NCBI GenBank assembly: GCA_041476065.1
Contig: JBGOSR010000001.1
Location: 1 to 37,726 of the forward strand
Direction of reading: 5' to 3'
From: Gaiellaceae bacterium
GTDB taxonomy: Bacteria; Actinomycetota; Thermoleophilia; Gaiellales; Gaiellaceae
DNA length: 37,726 nucleotides
The notes below the pieces were generated by a model. That model did not search any database. It was not told where the DNA came from and saw only the letters and a list, made by a program, of their open reading frames with translations. Made by a program: the position numbers and the translations under genes. This document shows, piece after piece, positions 1-9,288 of the stretch. Numbering within the stretch: position 1 is the stretch's first letter; each line of letters opens with the position of its first letter.

Positions 1-981
1 AAGGCGGGCAGCCCGCCGCCGCACGCCTTCAAGTACACCCAGTTCCAGGCGGATCCGGGCTCGACGCACAGCAAGATCGTCTCGCTCGTCCCGCCTGCGA
101 CTCGGGTGCTCGAGTTCGGCTGCGCGACCGGGTACATGTCCGAGGTGCTGAAGAACAAGCTCGGCTGCACGGTGACCGGAGTCGAGATCTCCCCCGAGGC
201 CGCCGAGCTCGCCGAGCAGCACACCGAGCGCGTGATCGTCGGCGATGCGGAGAAGATCGACTACGCCGCTGAGCTCGCGGGCGAGGAGTTCGACGTCGTC
301 CTCTTCGCCGACGTCCTCGAGCACCTGAAGGAGCCCGGCGACGTCCTCCGCCGCGTGCGTCCGTTCGTCGCCGAGAACGGCGTTGTCATCGCCTCGATCC
401 CGAACATCGCGCACGGCAGCGTCCGCCTCGCGCTCCTCGGCGGCGAGTTCCGGTACCGGGACTGGGGCCTTCTCGACGACACGCACCTGCGCTTCTTCAC
501 CCGCGCATCGATCCAGGACCTCTTCGAGGAGACCGGCTACGTCGTCACGCACTGGGTGCGCCAGCGGCTCGACGTCGGTGAGACCGAGATCAGCGTGCCC
601 CAGGTTCCCGATGCCGTTAGCGAGTGGATCGCTTCCGATCCCGAGTCGACGACGTACCAGTTCGTGCTCCGAGCGCTCGTCTCGGAGTCTGCGAACCAGC
701 TGCGGACGTTGCGCGAAGAGCTGGAGGAGCTGCGGCTCGACCGAGACGCGTCGACCCAGCGCGCCGCCGCTGCGCGCGAAGAGGTTGCGAGCCTCAGGGC
801 CGAGAGCGAGGCGGTGCGTCGCGCGCACGCCGTCCAGGGCCAGCGCCTCGTGAACGAGCGCGTCGCGTTTGCAGAAGGCCTCGCGCACGTGCACGCCGTC
901 GTGTACGGCTCTCGCTCGTGGCGGCTGACGGCGCCACTGCGAGTTGGCATCCGCCTGTTTCACCGCCTGCTCGGGCGATGA
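1..981 (+). CDS. Class I SAM-dependent methyltransferase with C-terminal coiled-coil tail (5' end off-window)
   Basis: Frame 1 is open from base 1 (..DPGSTHSKIVSLVPPATRVLEFGCATG..). The GTG at 106 in the ORF track therefore lies inside SAM motif I and is not the real start. DVVLFADVLEHL post-I motif. From about nt 670 the sequence is heptad-like and E/R/L/A-rich (LRTLREELEELRLDRD..EEVASLRAESEAVRR), ending in SRSWRLTAPLR. TGA 979-981 overlaps the next ATG. Confidence 0.85.
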   Translation, partial: KAGSPPPHAFKYTQFQADPGSTHSKIVSLVPPATRVLEFGCATGYMSEVLKNKLGCTVTGVEISPEAAELAEQHTERVIVGDAEKIDYAAELAGEEFDVVLFADVLEHLKEPGDVLRRVRPFVAENGVVIASIPNIAHGSVRLALLGGEFRYRDWGLLDDTHLRFFTRASIQDLFEETGYVVTHWVRQRLDVGETEISVPQVPDAVSEWIASDPESTTYQFVLRALVSESANQLRTLREELEELRLDRDASTQRAAAAREEVASLRAESEAVRRAHAVQGQRLVNERVAFAEGLAHVHAVVYGSRSWRLTAPLRVGIRLFHRLLGR

Positions 982-2987
982 CCCCGCTTCGCTTCCCCAC
1001 AGTTGAGGAGCCCCTCGTCTCGGTGGTCATGGTCGGCTACGGGAACTGGCCGCTCACGCGCCGCGCCCTGGAAGCGCTCCTCGAGAACACCGAGCCCATC
1101 TACGAGCTGATCGTCTTCGACAGCGCCTCGCCGGACGAAACGCCCGTGAAGCTGAGCGAGGAGGCCGAGGGGGCGACGCTGATCCTGAGCGAGACGAACG
1201 CAGGCTTCGGGCCCGGATCGAACCGCGGCGCCGCGCACGCGCGCGGACGCTATCTCTGCTTCCTCAACCCCGACGCGCTCGTCCAGCCAGGCTGGCTCGG
1301 CCCGCTCATCGAGACGCTGGAGAGCGACAAGACGGTCGGCTCGGTCGTCCCGATGCTCCTGAACCGCAACGGGACGATCCAGGAGGCCGGTTCGGTCGTG
1401 GACTCGGTCGGCTGGACGCAAGCGCTCGGCTGCGGGGCCGACGCCGAGGCCTTCGAGCACCGCTTCCGGCGCGAGATCGACTACGGCTCCGCCGCATGCC
1501 TCCTGATCGAGCGGGAGACGTTCGCCGACGCGGGCGGGTTCGACCCCGTCTACGGCGTCGGCTACTTCGAGGACGTCGATCTCGCCTTCAAGCTCAAGGA
1601 GCGCGGGCTGCGGACCGTCTACGAGCCCCGCTCCCGGGTCGTCCACGAGCTACACGGCTCCAGCGGATCGTTGCAGGCCCGCCGGCAGATGGAGGCGAAC
1701 AGGGCGATCTTCTTCGCGCGCTGGAACGAACGCCTCGCGCGACGCCCCAACCTGATCGAGCTCGCGGCGCACCCTTCGAGGCTGGTCGCCGCCCGCGACT
1801 CGGAGATCGCCGACCGGATCCTCGTCATCGACGACCGCGTCCCCCACCACGACCGGGGATCGGGCGACCCGCGGATGGCGAAGATGCTGTACGAGCTGGT
1901 CGAGCTCTGGCCGGAGGCGCGAATCACGCTCGCGGCGGCCGACGACAGGGAGGCGGAGCGCTATGCAGAGCCACTGCTTGCCCGAGGAATCGAGGTCGTC
2001 GCCCCCCCGGTCGACTGGGGTAAGTGGTTCGAGAACCGGATGTTCCACTACTCGGCGGCGATCGTGAGCCGCGGCACCAACGTCGCACGCTTCGACCAGA
2101 TACTTCGGAGCACTCAGCCTCAGGCCCTGCGCGCGTTCGACACCGAGGCGCTCGCATTTCGCCGACTCGACCGGATGCTCGAGTTCCTGGCCGACCCCGC
2201 GCAGAGATCGCGGGTCGGCGCCGACGCGATCGCCTCGCGCCAGATCGAGCTGGCGGCGCTCCAGGAGTCGGCGGTCGTCTTCACCGTCTCCGCGGAGGAG
2301 GCCGAGTTCGTGGGCGACGTCGCCCCCGAGAAACCGACCTTCGTCCTCCCCAACTGGGTCGAGACAGTCACACAGCCGACCGGGTTCGCGGAGCGGCAGG
2401 ACCTGCTCTTCTTCGGTGGGTTCCTCGCCGGTGCGGGCTCGCCGAACGAGGACGCGCTGCTCCAGCTCGTCCACGAGGTGATGCCGATCCTCTGGGAGCG
2501 CGAACCGGAGCTCCGGCTGCACGTCGTGGGTGCCGACCCCACGCCCGCAGTCGAGGCGCTGCACGGAGACCGTGTCAACGTCGTCGGCTTCGTCGACGAT
2601 CCCGCCGAGTGGCTTGCGCGCACGCGCGTCCACGTCAGCCCGATGCGCTTCGGCGCCGGCATCAAGCTCAAGCTTCTCGACACGATTGCCGCCGGCCCGC
2701 CGTTCGTGACGACCGCGGTCGGCGCCGAGGGGCTGCCCCTCGGCGGCCTGCGCTCGACCCTTGTCGCCGAGCAGCCGGCCGAGCTCGCCGCTCTGACGCA
2801 CGCGCTGTACACCGACGAGCAGCTGTGGCTCCAGGCGCAACGCGGCGTGCTCGAGATTGCGCGCGACAGCTTCGACCGTGGAACATTCCGGCGCACGCTC
2901 GCCGAAGCGATGAGCTATCTGGGCGTCCTTCCTCCGGAAAGTGCGTTTGCGGGCACACCGTACGAGGTCGCCGCCGTGGCCGGCTGA
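978..2987 (+). CDS. Two-domain glycosyltransferase (N-terminal GT2, C-terminal GT4/GT-B)
   Basis: ATG 978 overlaps the upstream TGA (ATGA). The ORF-track extension back to 624 is an Arg/Pro-rich overlap with the previous gene. GT2 signature: VSVVMVGYGNW..IVFDSASPDET..NAGFGPGSNRG..FLNPDA..GYFEDVDLAFK. A second domain with a GT-B C-terminal signature follows: LLFFGGF..RLHVVGADP..VNVVGFVDD..VHVSPMRFGAGIKLKLLDTIAAG.P.V.T.VGAEGL. Confidence 0.85.
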   Translation: MTPLRFPTVEEPLVSVVMVGYGNWPLTRRALEALLENTEPIYELIVFDSASPDETPVKLSEEAEGATLILSETNAGFGPGSNRGAAHARGRYLCFLNPDALVQPGWLGPLIETLESDKTVGSVVPMLLNRNGTIQEAGSVVDSVGWTQALGCGADAEAFEHRFRREIDYGSAACLLIERETFADAGGFDPVYGVGYFEDVDLAFKLKERGLRTVYEPRSRVVHELHGSSGSLQARRQMEANRAIFFARWNERLARRPNLIELAAHPSRLVAARDSEIADRILVIDDRVPHHDRGSGDPRMAKMLYELVELWPEARITLAAADDREAERYAEPLLARGIEVVAPPVDWGKWFENRMFHYSAAIVSRGTNVARFDQILRSTQPQALRAFDTEALAFRRLDRMLEFLADPAQRSRVGADAIASRQIELAALQESAVVFTVSAEEAEFVGDVAPEKPTFVLPNWVETVTQPTGFAERQDLLFFGGFLAGAGSPNEDALLQLVHEVMPILWEREPELRLHVVGADPTPAVEALHGDRVNVVGFVDDPAEWLARTRVHVSPMRFGAGIKLKLLDTIAAGPPFVTTAVGAEGLPLGGLRSTLVAEQPAELAALTHALYTDEQLWLQAQRGVLEIARDSFDRGTFRRTLAEAMSYLGVLPPESAFAGTPYEVAAVAG

Positions 2988-3004
2988 GCCGCCGCCGCCT
3001 TCGT

Positions 3005-3982
3005 CTAGCGGGCCTTCGCGACGACGTATGTGAAGTCGCTCGGCAGCACGCCGTGCTCGATCAGCGTCTCCTCGTACAGGCAGATGAGGTCGACAAGCGC
3101 GACGTCCCGCAGGTCGGCGGGATCGAAGTTGCCGGCGATGTCGGAGAGGACGAACTGGAGCAGCGTTCCGCCGAAATCGGCCTGGTAGACGACCTCGAAG
3201 CGCTCCTCGAGCAGGCCCATGATCTCGTCGGAGCGAATCGACTCGGACGGGTCGACACGCCGGACCTCCTTCTCGATCGGGCGCTGCACGTCGGTCTTCA
3301 CGTGCCCGGTGCGGAGGCTCTTCCGATGGCTCTCCGGCAGCACCGAGAGCAGCTTGTTCATGAGCGGCAGGCGCTCCTCGGGAAACTGGAAGCGAGCTGG
3401 GCCAACGTACTCGTTGACCACGAACAGGCCGCCGGGCTCGAGTGACGCCCGAACCTGGTCGAGCAGGTGCTCGAGCGCCTCGATGTGGTGCAGGCTCTGG
3501 ACCGCGAAGACGGTGCCGTATCGGTTGGGCTCAAGCTCGATCGTGTTCAGGTCCGTCGCGGCGTAGTCGATCCGGCCGGCGACTCCCTGACGCTCGGCCT
3601 CTTCCCTGGCCACCTCGACGGCTTCGGGCGAGATGTCGAACGCTTCGAAGCGGTCGGCGATGTCGAGCTTCACGGCCTCGCGCTCGAGGATGCCGTCCCC
3701 GAAGCCGAGGCTGAGGCCGAGCCCGACGGGCTCCTCGAAGAAGCGTCTCTTCGTGAAGTGAAGCCAGTTCTCGTCCGGATGCCCTGCGATCGCCTTGTTG
3801 ATGTTGCGCTGGGTGAGGACGTACGACTGCCAGTACAGGCCGGTCCATTCCTCTCCCTCGGCCTTGGTGCGAGCCTCCTCGCCCCAGTGCTCGGCGGTCA
3901 CCTCACGCTCATCTGCCGGCGAGGCCAGGGCACGGCCGACCCGCCGCCGCCCCCGACCGAGTAGCCGTCGCGCCGCGCTCAT
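3005..3982 (-). CDS. Class I SAM-dependent methyltransferase
   Basis: 325-aa ORF with LGLSLGFGDG (motif I-like), FEAFDISPEAVEVAREEAERQG, VFAVQSLHHI, LEPGGLFVVNEY. ATG 3982 overlaps the upstream stop (ATGA). Last gene of the long minus-strand operon. Confidence 0.85.
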   Translation of the reverse strand: MSAARRLLGRGRRRVGRALASPADEREVTAEHWGEEARTKAEGEEWTGLYWQSYVLTQRNINKAIAGHPDENWLHFTKRRFFEEPVGLGLSLGFGDGILEREAVKLDIADRFEAFDISPEAVEVAREEAERQGVAGRIDYAATDLNTIELEPNRYGTVFAVQSLHHIEALEHLLDQVRASLEPGGLFVVNEYVGPARFQFPEERLPLMNKLLSVLPESHRKSLRTGHVKTDVQRPIEKEVRRVDPSESIRSDEIMGLLEERFEVVYQADFGGTLLQFVLSDIAGNFDPADLRDVALVDLICLYEETLIEHGVLPSDFTYVVAKAR

Positions 3983-6213
3983 CGAGCGGCGCTCCGCGGG
4001 ACGAAGTGGAAGGAGAGCTGGATTCCCAGCTGTCGTGTATCGCCCAGCCCGATGTCGACGGGGCTGAACGTCGGCGTGACGTGCAGCTGGAAGCGGAACG
4101 GCGGCCTCGGCACCGGCAGGCTGAGCAGGACTGGCCTGTTCTCCGTCAGGGGGATCGAGCGCTTCATTTCCCGGTCTTTTACCTCGAGTGCGTTGCTTGT
4201 GCCGATGCGGAGGCTGCCCAGCTCGAGCGTCGCGCGTGCCGGTTCCACTCGCCCTTCGCTGATCAAGGTCGGGCGCAGGAGGCGCATTTCAAGCCGGCCT
4301 CCGCGCTGATCGGGCGTCGCGTACTGCGTCAAGGCCATGTCTCCGCCTGTCCAGCCGTCGGCGAAGAAGCCGGTTGCCGAGCGGACGAGCCGAAGAGGCG
4401 GATCGACGCTGTAGAGGACGAGCTGGCTGCCGGGCTTGGCGATCACCTTCCCGGCGAGCTCGACCGTGGCGGGCGCGACCGCGTAGCGCGCACCGCGGAC
4501 TGAGCCCGAGAGATAAGGGTCGTTCGTGACGATTCGGCCCGTCCGCGGGTCGACCCTTCCGCGCCGGCCGAGGATGATGTGATGCGGCTTCACGAGGTCG
4601 ACGGTCGCCTCGATGCTCTTGTTCCAGAACTCCGCCTGCCAGAGCGTGTGCGGGTTGTTTTGGAACGGGATCGTGTTCACGAAGACGACGTGGGCGTCGG
4701 TCCCGACGGCGTCGTCGACCCAGTTCACGTCCTTTGGCGGTACTCCCTGGGCGGCGAGCGCGTTGAGGGCCTGCGTCCTGGCGGTCTCGAGCACCGAGTA
4801 CGAGCTGACCGCGGAGAAGGCTGCGATGCCGAGGGGGATCGCATAGACGGCGAGCCGCCTCGGAAGGGAGACGAAGACAACCGCGACCAGGATTGCTCCG
4901 AGGCCGAGCAGGATTCGCATGTCCGTCTCGCTCCCGAGGTGGATCGCGGCGCGGAGTAGCGGCACGAAGGCGAACGTGTCACTCGCGATCGAGACATTGA
5001 GGAGGCCCTCGAGGGGCAGCACGACGAGGAGAGCCGCGGGCACGATCGCCGCCGTCGCCGTGAGGCCGGCGGGGCGCGGAAGGCCGCGGTCGAGCCACAT
5101 GACCAGGGCGAGCAGGAACAGCGGCGCGAGGTAGAAGAGGTTCCGCTCCTCGATCCGCAGCGAGTAGCGCGAGGCGAACGCTGCAACCTGCACGACGAGA
5201 CACGAGGTCGCCGCGACCGTCACGGCCAGGAAAGCGCGCTCTGCGGGCCCGGTCGGAGAATTGCGCCGGCAAGCCAGACCGGCGAGCACGATGAAGGCGC
5301 TGACGGGAACGAGGCCGGTCGAGTACGAGAGCTCGGCAACGTGGAGGACCGACCACCGCGCGACGCCTCCGAGTGAGTAGCCCCCCTGCACGATGCCGCT
5401 GTACTGACCGAAGAGTTCGGTGACGGACTCGCCCCGCACGAGCTTGTATGCGACATACGCGAGCCCCGAGCCGACGAGCACGCCCAGGGCAACCGCGTAG
5501 CGGGCGATCTCTCGCGCCAGGAACCGCACGAAAGACGGCGGAGGGGCGGCGCGGGCGTCGAGAGCGGCCTTCAGCAAGATCGCCAACGGCACCGCTGCGA
5601 ACAAGACGAAAGCCTGCAGGCGGGTCGCGCAGGCGAGCGCGACGGCGACGAGCGCCAGCCCCTGGCGGGCGCTCGTCGGGCGCTCGAGCGCGAGCGCGAC
5701 CGCGAGGAAGGCGAACATCATCACCGGGAACGCGAGGCTTTCGGTCATGACCTCGTTGACGAAGACGAAGCTCGGCATCAGCAGCACGAGGACGACGAAC
5801 ACAACGGCGTAGACCGGAGAGACGAGTCGTCGGCTCCAGAGATACGCAGGAACGGCGACGACGCTCATGAGAGCGACGTTCATCACCTTGAGGGCCGAGT
5901 AGGTGCTCTCCATCGAGCCGAAGAGCCAGGCGGGCGAGACGACTGCCGGATAGATGCTGAGGAAGGGCCAGGGCTGCTGGCGGAAGACCATCTCCCGGTG
6001 CTCGGAGAAGCTCTTCGCGAGCGAGGAATAGAGCAGCTCGTCGCCCATGATCCAAGGGGCGGGGATTGACCGCGTCAGCCAGATGCGGATCGCGACCGCG
6101 AGCAGCACGGCTCCGGCTGCGACGAGCGTGGCCGACGTGGCGCGTAGGGCAATGAAGGTTGGGAGCGAGACCGCCCGGGCGGGAGCTCGCTCGTGCGGAA
6201 CTTCATTCGCCAA
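3979..6213 (-). CDS. GT-C fold integral-membrane glycosyltransferase (ArnT/PMT/GT39-like) with C-terminal extracytoplasmic domain
   Basis: 744 aa. About a dozen hydrophobic helices fill the first ~480 aa. An acidic DE motif directly follows TM1 ([19 protein letters not shown]), as in lipid-linked-sugar-dependent GT-C enzymes. The last ~250 aa are hydrophilic and beta-rich. Overlaps the gmd stop by 11 nt. Confidence 0.7.
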   Translation of the reverse strand: MANEVPHERAPARAVSLPTFIALRATSATLVAAGAVLLAVAIRIWLTRSIPAPWIMGDELLYSSLAKSFSEHREMVFRQQPWPFLSIYPAVVSPAWLFGSMESTYSALKVMNVALMSVVAVPAYLWSRRLVSPVYAVVFVVLVLLMPSFVFVNEVMTESLAFPVMMFAFLAVALALERPTSARQGLALVAVALACATRLQAFVLFAAVPLAILLKAALDARAAPPPSFVRFLAREIARYAVALGVLVGSGLAYVAYKLVRGESVTELFGQYSGIVQGGYSLGGVARWSVLHVAELSYSTGLVPVSAFIVLAGLACRRNSPTGPAERAFLAVTVAATSCLVVQVAAFASRYSLRIEERNLFYLAPLFLLALVMWLDRGLPRPAGLTATAAIVPAALLVVLPLEGLLNVSIASDTFAFVPLLRAAIHLGSETDMRILLGLGAILVAVVFVSLPRRLAVYAIPLGIAAFSAVSSYSVLETARTQALNALAAQGVPPKDVNWVDDAVGTDAHVVFVNTIPFQNNPHTLWQAEFWNKSIEATVDLVKPHHIILGRRGRVDPRTGRIVTNDPYLSGSVRGARYAVAPATVELAGKVIAKPGSQLVLYSVDPPLRLVRSATGFFADGWTGGDMALTQYATPDQRGGRLEMRLLRPTLISEGRVEPARATLELGSLRIGTSNALEVKDREMKRSIPLTENRPVLLSLPVPRPPFRFQLHVTPTFSPVDIGLGDTRQLGIQLSFHFVPRSAAR

Positions 6214-7201
6214 CGCCGCCCTCTCGCACCGGCGCCGCAGCCGAGAGCCGCTCCAGGTCGGCGTCGACCATCAGCTCGACGAGCTCGGGGAGCGACACAC
6301 GCCGCTCCCATCCGAGCTTGTCACGTGCCTTCGAGGCATCGCCGACGAGATGATCGACCTCGGCCGGCCGCAGGAACTCCGGGTCCGTCTTCACGTACTG
6401 GTCGTAGTCGAGCCCAACGTGACCGAAGGCCGCCTCGGCGAACTCCCGAACCGAATGCTCCTCGCCGGTCGCGAGGACGAAATCCTCTGGCTCGGCCTGC
6501 TGCAGCATCATCCACATTCCCTCGACGTAGTCCCCGGCGTAGCCCCAGTCGCGCTTCGCGTCGAGATTGCCGAGGCGGAGCTCGTCGGCGAGGCCGAGCT
6601 TGATGCGCGCGACGCCGTTCGAGATCTTCCGCGTCACGAACTCCAACCCGCGCCGAGGCGACTCGTGGTTGAAGAGGATGCCGGAGACCGCGAAGAGCCC
6701 GTACGACTCGCGGTAGTTCACGGTGATGAAGTGCCCGTAGACCTTGGCCACGCCGTAGGGCGAGCGGGGGTAGAACGGCGTCTGCTCGTTCTGCGGGACC
6801 TCGCGCACCTTGCCGAACATCTCCGACGACGAGGCCTGGTAAAAGCGGATGCCGGTATCGACGCGCCGGATCGCCTCGAGCAGCCGGGTGACGCCAACCG
6901 CGGTGAACTCGGCGGTCAAGACCGGCTGCTTCCACGAAGTGGGGACGAAGCTCTGAGCGCCGAGGTTGTAGATCTCAGCCGGCCGGGCTTCCTCGATCGC
7001 CTCCGCCAGGGACGTCGGATCGAGCAGGTCGGCCTGGACGAGCGTGATCCGGTCGGTCAGATGCGCGATGCGCTCGAAGTTCTCGGTCGACGAGCGCCGC
7101 ACCATCCCGAACACCTCGTAGTCCTTGCTGAGCAGAAGGTCGGCCAAATAGGAGCCGTCCTGCCCGGTGACGCCGGTGATCAACGCGCGCTTCTGGCTCA
7201 T
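6203..7201 (-). CDS. gmd: GDP-mannose 4,6-dehydratase
   Basis: Real start is ATG 7201 ([36 protein letters not shown]). Hallmarks: [60 protein letters not shown]. The 100-codon upstream extension in the ORF track (to 7501) is R/P/A-rich and overlaps rmd. Confidence 0.95.
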   Translation of the reverse strand: MSQKRALITGVTGQDGSYLADLLLSKDYEVFGMVRRSSTENFERIAHLTDRITLVQADLLDPTSLAEAIEEARPAEIYNLGAQSFVPTSWKQPVLTAEFTAVGVTRLLEAIRRVDTGIRFYQASSSEMFGKVREVPQNEQTPFYPRSPYGVAKVYGHFITVNYRESYGLFAVSGILFNHESPRRGLEFVTRKISNGVARIKLGLADELRLGNLDAKRDWGYAGDYVEGMWMMLQQAEPEDFVLATGEEHSVREFAEAAFGHVGLDYDQYVKTDPEFLRPAEVDHLVGDASKARDKLGWERRVSLPELVELMVDADLERLSAAAPVREGGVGE

Positions 7202-8094
7202 GTGCTGGCCATTCTCTCCGCCACCGCCTGGCGCGCGAAGTCGAGTGCGTCGGCGAGCGTCTGCTCGAGCGGGATCGTGGGCGTCCAGCCGGTGGCGGCG
7301 CGCAGGCGCGAGGAGTCCCCTGAGATCACGGACAGGTCGCTCGGCCGGCTCCGCGAGGGATCGAGCTCGACCTGGATCGGGCAGCGCGCCATACCGATCA
7401 GGAGGTCGAGCACCTCGCGCATCTCGACGACCCGGCCGGACGCGACGTTGTAGATCTCCCCAGGGACGGATGGGTCGAGCAGCAGCTCGTAGGCCCGGCA
7501 AATGTCCCGCACGTCGGTGATGTCCCGCCGCGAGGACAGATCGCCGACGAGCACGGTCCCCCCGCCCGCCTCCTCCGCGCGGGCGATCTGAGCCGTCCAG
7601 GACCCGACCGCGAACTGCTCGTTACGGCTCGGGCCCTCGTGCTGAAAGGCCCGCGCGACGACCACGTCCATTCCCGAGCGGCCGGCGAGCCCGCAGGCCA
7701 GCTCGGCTGCGGCCTTCGACGCCGCGTATTGCGAGATCGGTGCGACGGGAGCGTCCTCCGGCGTCGGGACCTGCTCGGCGTGCCCGTAGACCTCGCCGGT
7801 GGACACCATCAGCACGCGTGCACCCGGCGCGTGCGAGCGAGCGGCCTCGAGGAGATTCACGGCGCCGAGAACGTTCACGCGCCATGCCTTCTCAGGGTCT
7901 ACGGCCGACGCCGTCACGGAGGAGACCGCCGCCAGGTGCACGATCGCGCCCGGCGCGCTCGTTCGCACCTCCTCTGCGAGGCTCGCTGCATCGGTGACGT
8001 CCACCTGCGAAGGCAGGCCCCGTCCGCCGAGCGTGACCAGCAGGTTGGAGCCCGCGAACCCCTGCGGCCCGGTTACGAGAATCGGCCCGTCCAC
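7198..8094 (-). CDS. rmd: NAD(P)-dependent GDP-4-keto-6-deoxy-D-mannose reductase (Rmd/Tld type short-chain dehydrogenase)
   Basis: GTG 8094. [14 protein letters not shown] Rossmann motif, STGEVYG, and the catalytic YAASKAAAE (YxxxK). About 300 aa. The stop overlaps the gmd ATG (ATGA), which is the classical gmd-rmd pairing. Product stereochemistry (D-rhamnose versus 6-deoxy-D-talose) cannot be read from the sequence. Confidence 0.65.
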   Translation of the reverse strand: MDGPILVTGPQGFAGSNLLVTLGGRGLPSQVDVTDAASLAEEVRTSAPGAIVHLAAVSSVTASAVDPEKAWRVNVLGAVNLLEAARSHAPGARVLMVSTGEVYGHAEQVPTPEDAPVAPISQYAASKAAAELACGLAGRSGMDVVVARAFQHEGPSRNEQFAVGSWTAQIARAEEAGGGTVLVGDLSSRRDITDVRDICRAYELLLDPSVPGEIYNVASGRVVEMREVLDLLIGMARCPIQVELDPSRSRPSDLSVISGDSSRLRAATGWTPTIPLEQTLADALDFARQAVAERMAST

Positions 8095-8095
8095 G

Positions 8096-8461
8096 CTAGG
8101 CGCGAAGAGCTCCGCGGTCGCTCTCTTCGAGGCGAAGCTCGAGCATCGCTACGCGTTGCGTCAGCGCCGTGTTCTGCTCCGAGAGCTTCGAGATCACCGT
8201 CGAGTAGTGGAGAAGCACGACCAGGATGAACCCCGAGCCCAGGACGAAGAGGGCGGATGGGGGATACGCGATGCCGGTGAGAGCGGCCAGCCGGTTGAGG
8301 GCATCCCTCCAGATCGCGAACACGAGCATGACGACGCCCGTCAACAGCCAGAGCAGCGCGTAACGCTCTTGGAGCCTTCGGCTGCGGATCAGCTCCAGGA
8401 CGACGAGCAGGAGCGCCGCCGCGACGAACGTGGCGATGATGGAGACACGAAGCGGGATCAT
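8096..8461 (-). CDS. Small membrane protein, DUF2304-like (copy A)
   Basis: 121 aa with three or four hydrophobic helices. Conserved core ELIRSRRLQERYALLW..AYPPSAL..VVLLHYSTV, then an amphipathic tail LSEQNTALTQRVAMLELRLEE. 4-nt overlap with the upstream GT2. Paralog of 13556..13930. Confidence 0.65.
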   Translation of the reverse strand: MIPLRVSIIATFVAAALLLVVLELIRSRRLQERYALLWLLTGVVMLVFAIWRDALNRLAALTGIAYPPSALFVLGSGFILVVLLHYSTVISKLSEQNTALTQRVAMLELRLEESDRGALRA

Positions 8462-9249
8462 CGGTCTTCCTCCAGTTGGACGGTCTTCCGGCGGAACATG
8501 CTGATGAAGACGGCAATGACGACCTTGACTGTGTAGTACAGGGAAATCGGAGTCGTGAGCGACGAGCGCCCCGACGTCCGCTCGCGCATCCGGACGGGCA
8601 CCTCCTCGATGCGGAGGCCGTACCTGACGGCCATCACGGTCGCCTCGATCGTCTCGAGATAGCCGTGCGGATAGTCGACGGCAAAGAGCGAGAGCGCCCG
8701 CCGGTTCACCGCGCGGAAGGACGAGCTCGTGTCACTGAGCGACTTTCCGACAAGCAGCGACACGAAGGCGGCGAAGATCCTCATCCCGAATCGCCGGACG
8801 GGCGGAGCGCGGTATTTCCCGCCGCCGGCGAACCGCGATCCGATGACGATGTCGGCCCTCCCGTCGAGCACCGGCTCCAGGATGAGCGGGAGCTCTCGCG
8901 GGTCGTGCTGGCCATCGCCGTCGATCTGCACGACGAGGTCACAGCCGAGCTCTCTGGCGGCCTGATAGCCCGTCTGCACGGCACCGCCGATGCCCAGGTT
9001 GCACGCGAGGCGAAGGACCCGGGCGCCGGCCTCCGCCGCGATCACCGCAGTCGTGTCGAACGACGCGTCGTCGACGACCAGGATCTCCATCCCGGGATCG
9101 ACGGCGCGAATCTCCGCAATCACCCCGGCGATCGTCTGCGCCTCGTTGAAGGCCGGGACGACCGCAGCCCTGCGATGGCCTGCGAGCCTCGGATCAGGCG
9201 CGGGGACTGCCGCGGGAACCTCGGTGGATATGGAAGTGGAAGCGGCCAT
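8458..9249 (-). CDS. GT2 polyprenol-phosphate sugar synthase-like glycosyltransferase (DPM1/GtrB/Ppm-like, copy A)
   Basis: VVPAFNEAQTI..ILVVDDASFDTT..NLGIGGAVQTGY..VQIDGDGQHDPRE..GSRF..SDTSSSFRAVNR, with a C-terminal hydrophobic segment. Translationally coupled to the DUF2304-like gene. Confidence 0.8.
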   Translation of the reverse strand: MAASTSISTEVPAAVPAPDPRLAGHRRAAVVPAFNEAQTIAGVIAEIRAVDPGMEILVVDDASFDTTAVIAAEAGARVLRLACNLGIGGAVQTGYQAARELGCDLVVQIDGDGQHDPRELPLILEPVLDGRADIVIGSRFAGGGKYRAPPVRRFGMRIFAAFVSLLVGKSLSDTSSSFRAVNRRALSLFAVDYPHGYLETIEATVMAVRYGLRIEEVPVRMRERTSGRSSLTTPISLYYTVKVVIAVFISMFRRKTVQLEEDR

Positions 9250-9288
9250 GGCCCGGGAGGATGATAAGTCGAGGATGTAAGCCGGGAG

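Noticed and set aside
624-977. 5' extensions of real genes reported by the ORF track (624-977, 7202-7501, 14635-14802, 17006-17155, 20748-21053, 24680-25093, 27120-27707, 31348-31920, 35199-35978, 36065-37045)
   Set aside because: Each extension overlaps a neighbouring well-supported gene or an intergenic gap. Each is R/P/A-rich and precedes an internal ATG/GTG that aligns with the canonical N-terminus of the family (for example [16 protein letters not shown] for Gmd and [14 protein letters not shown] for Fcl).
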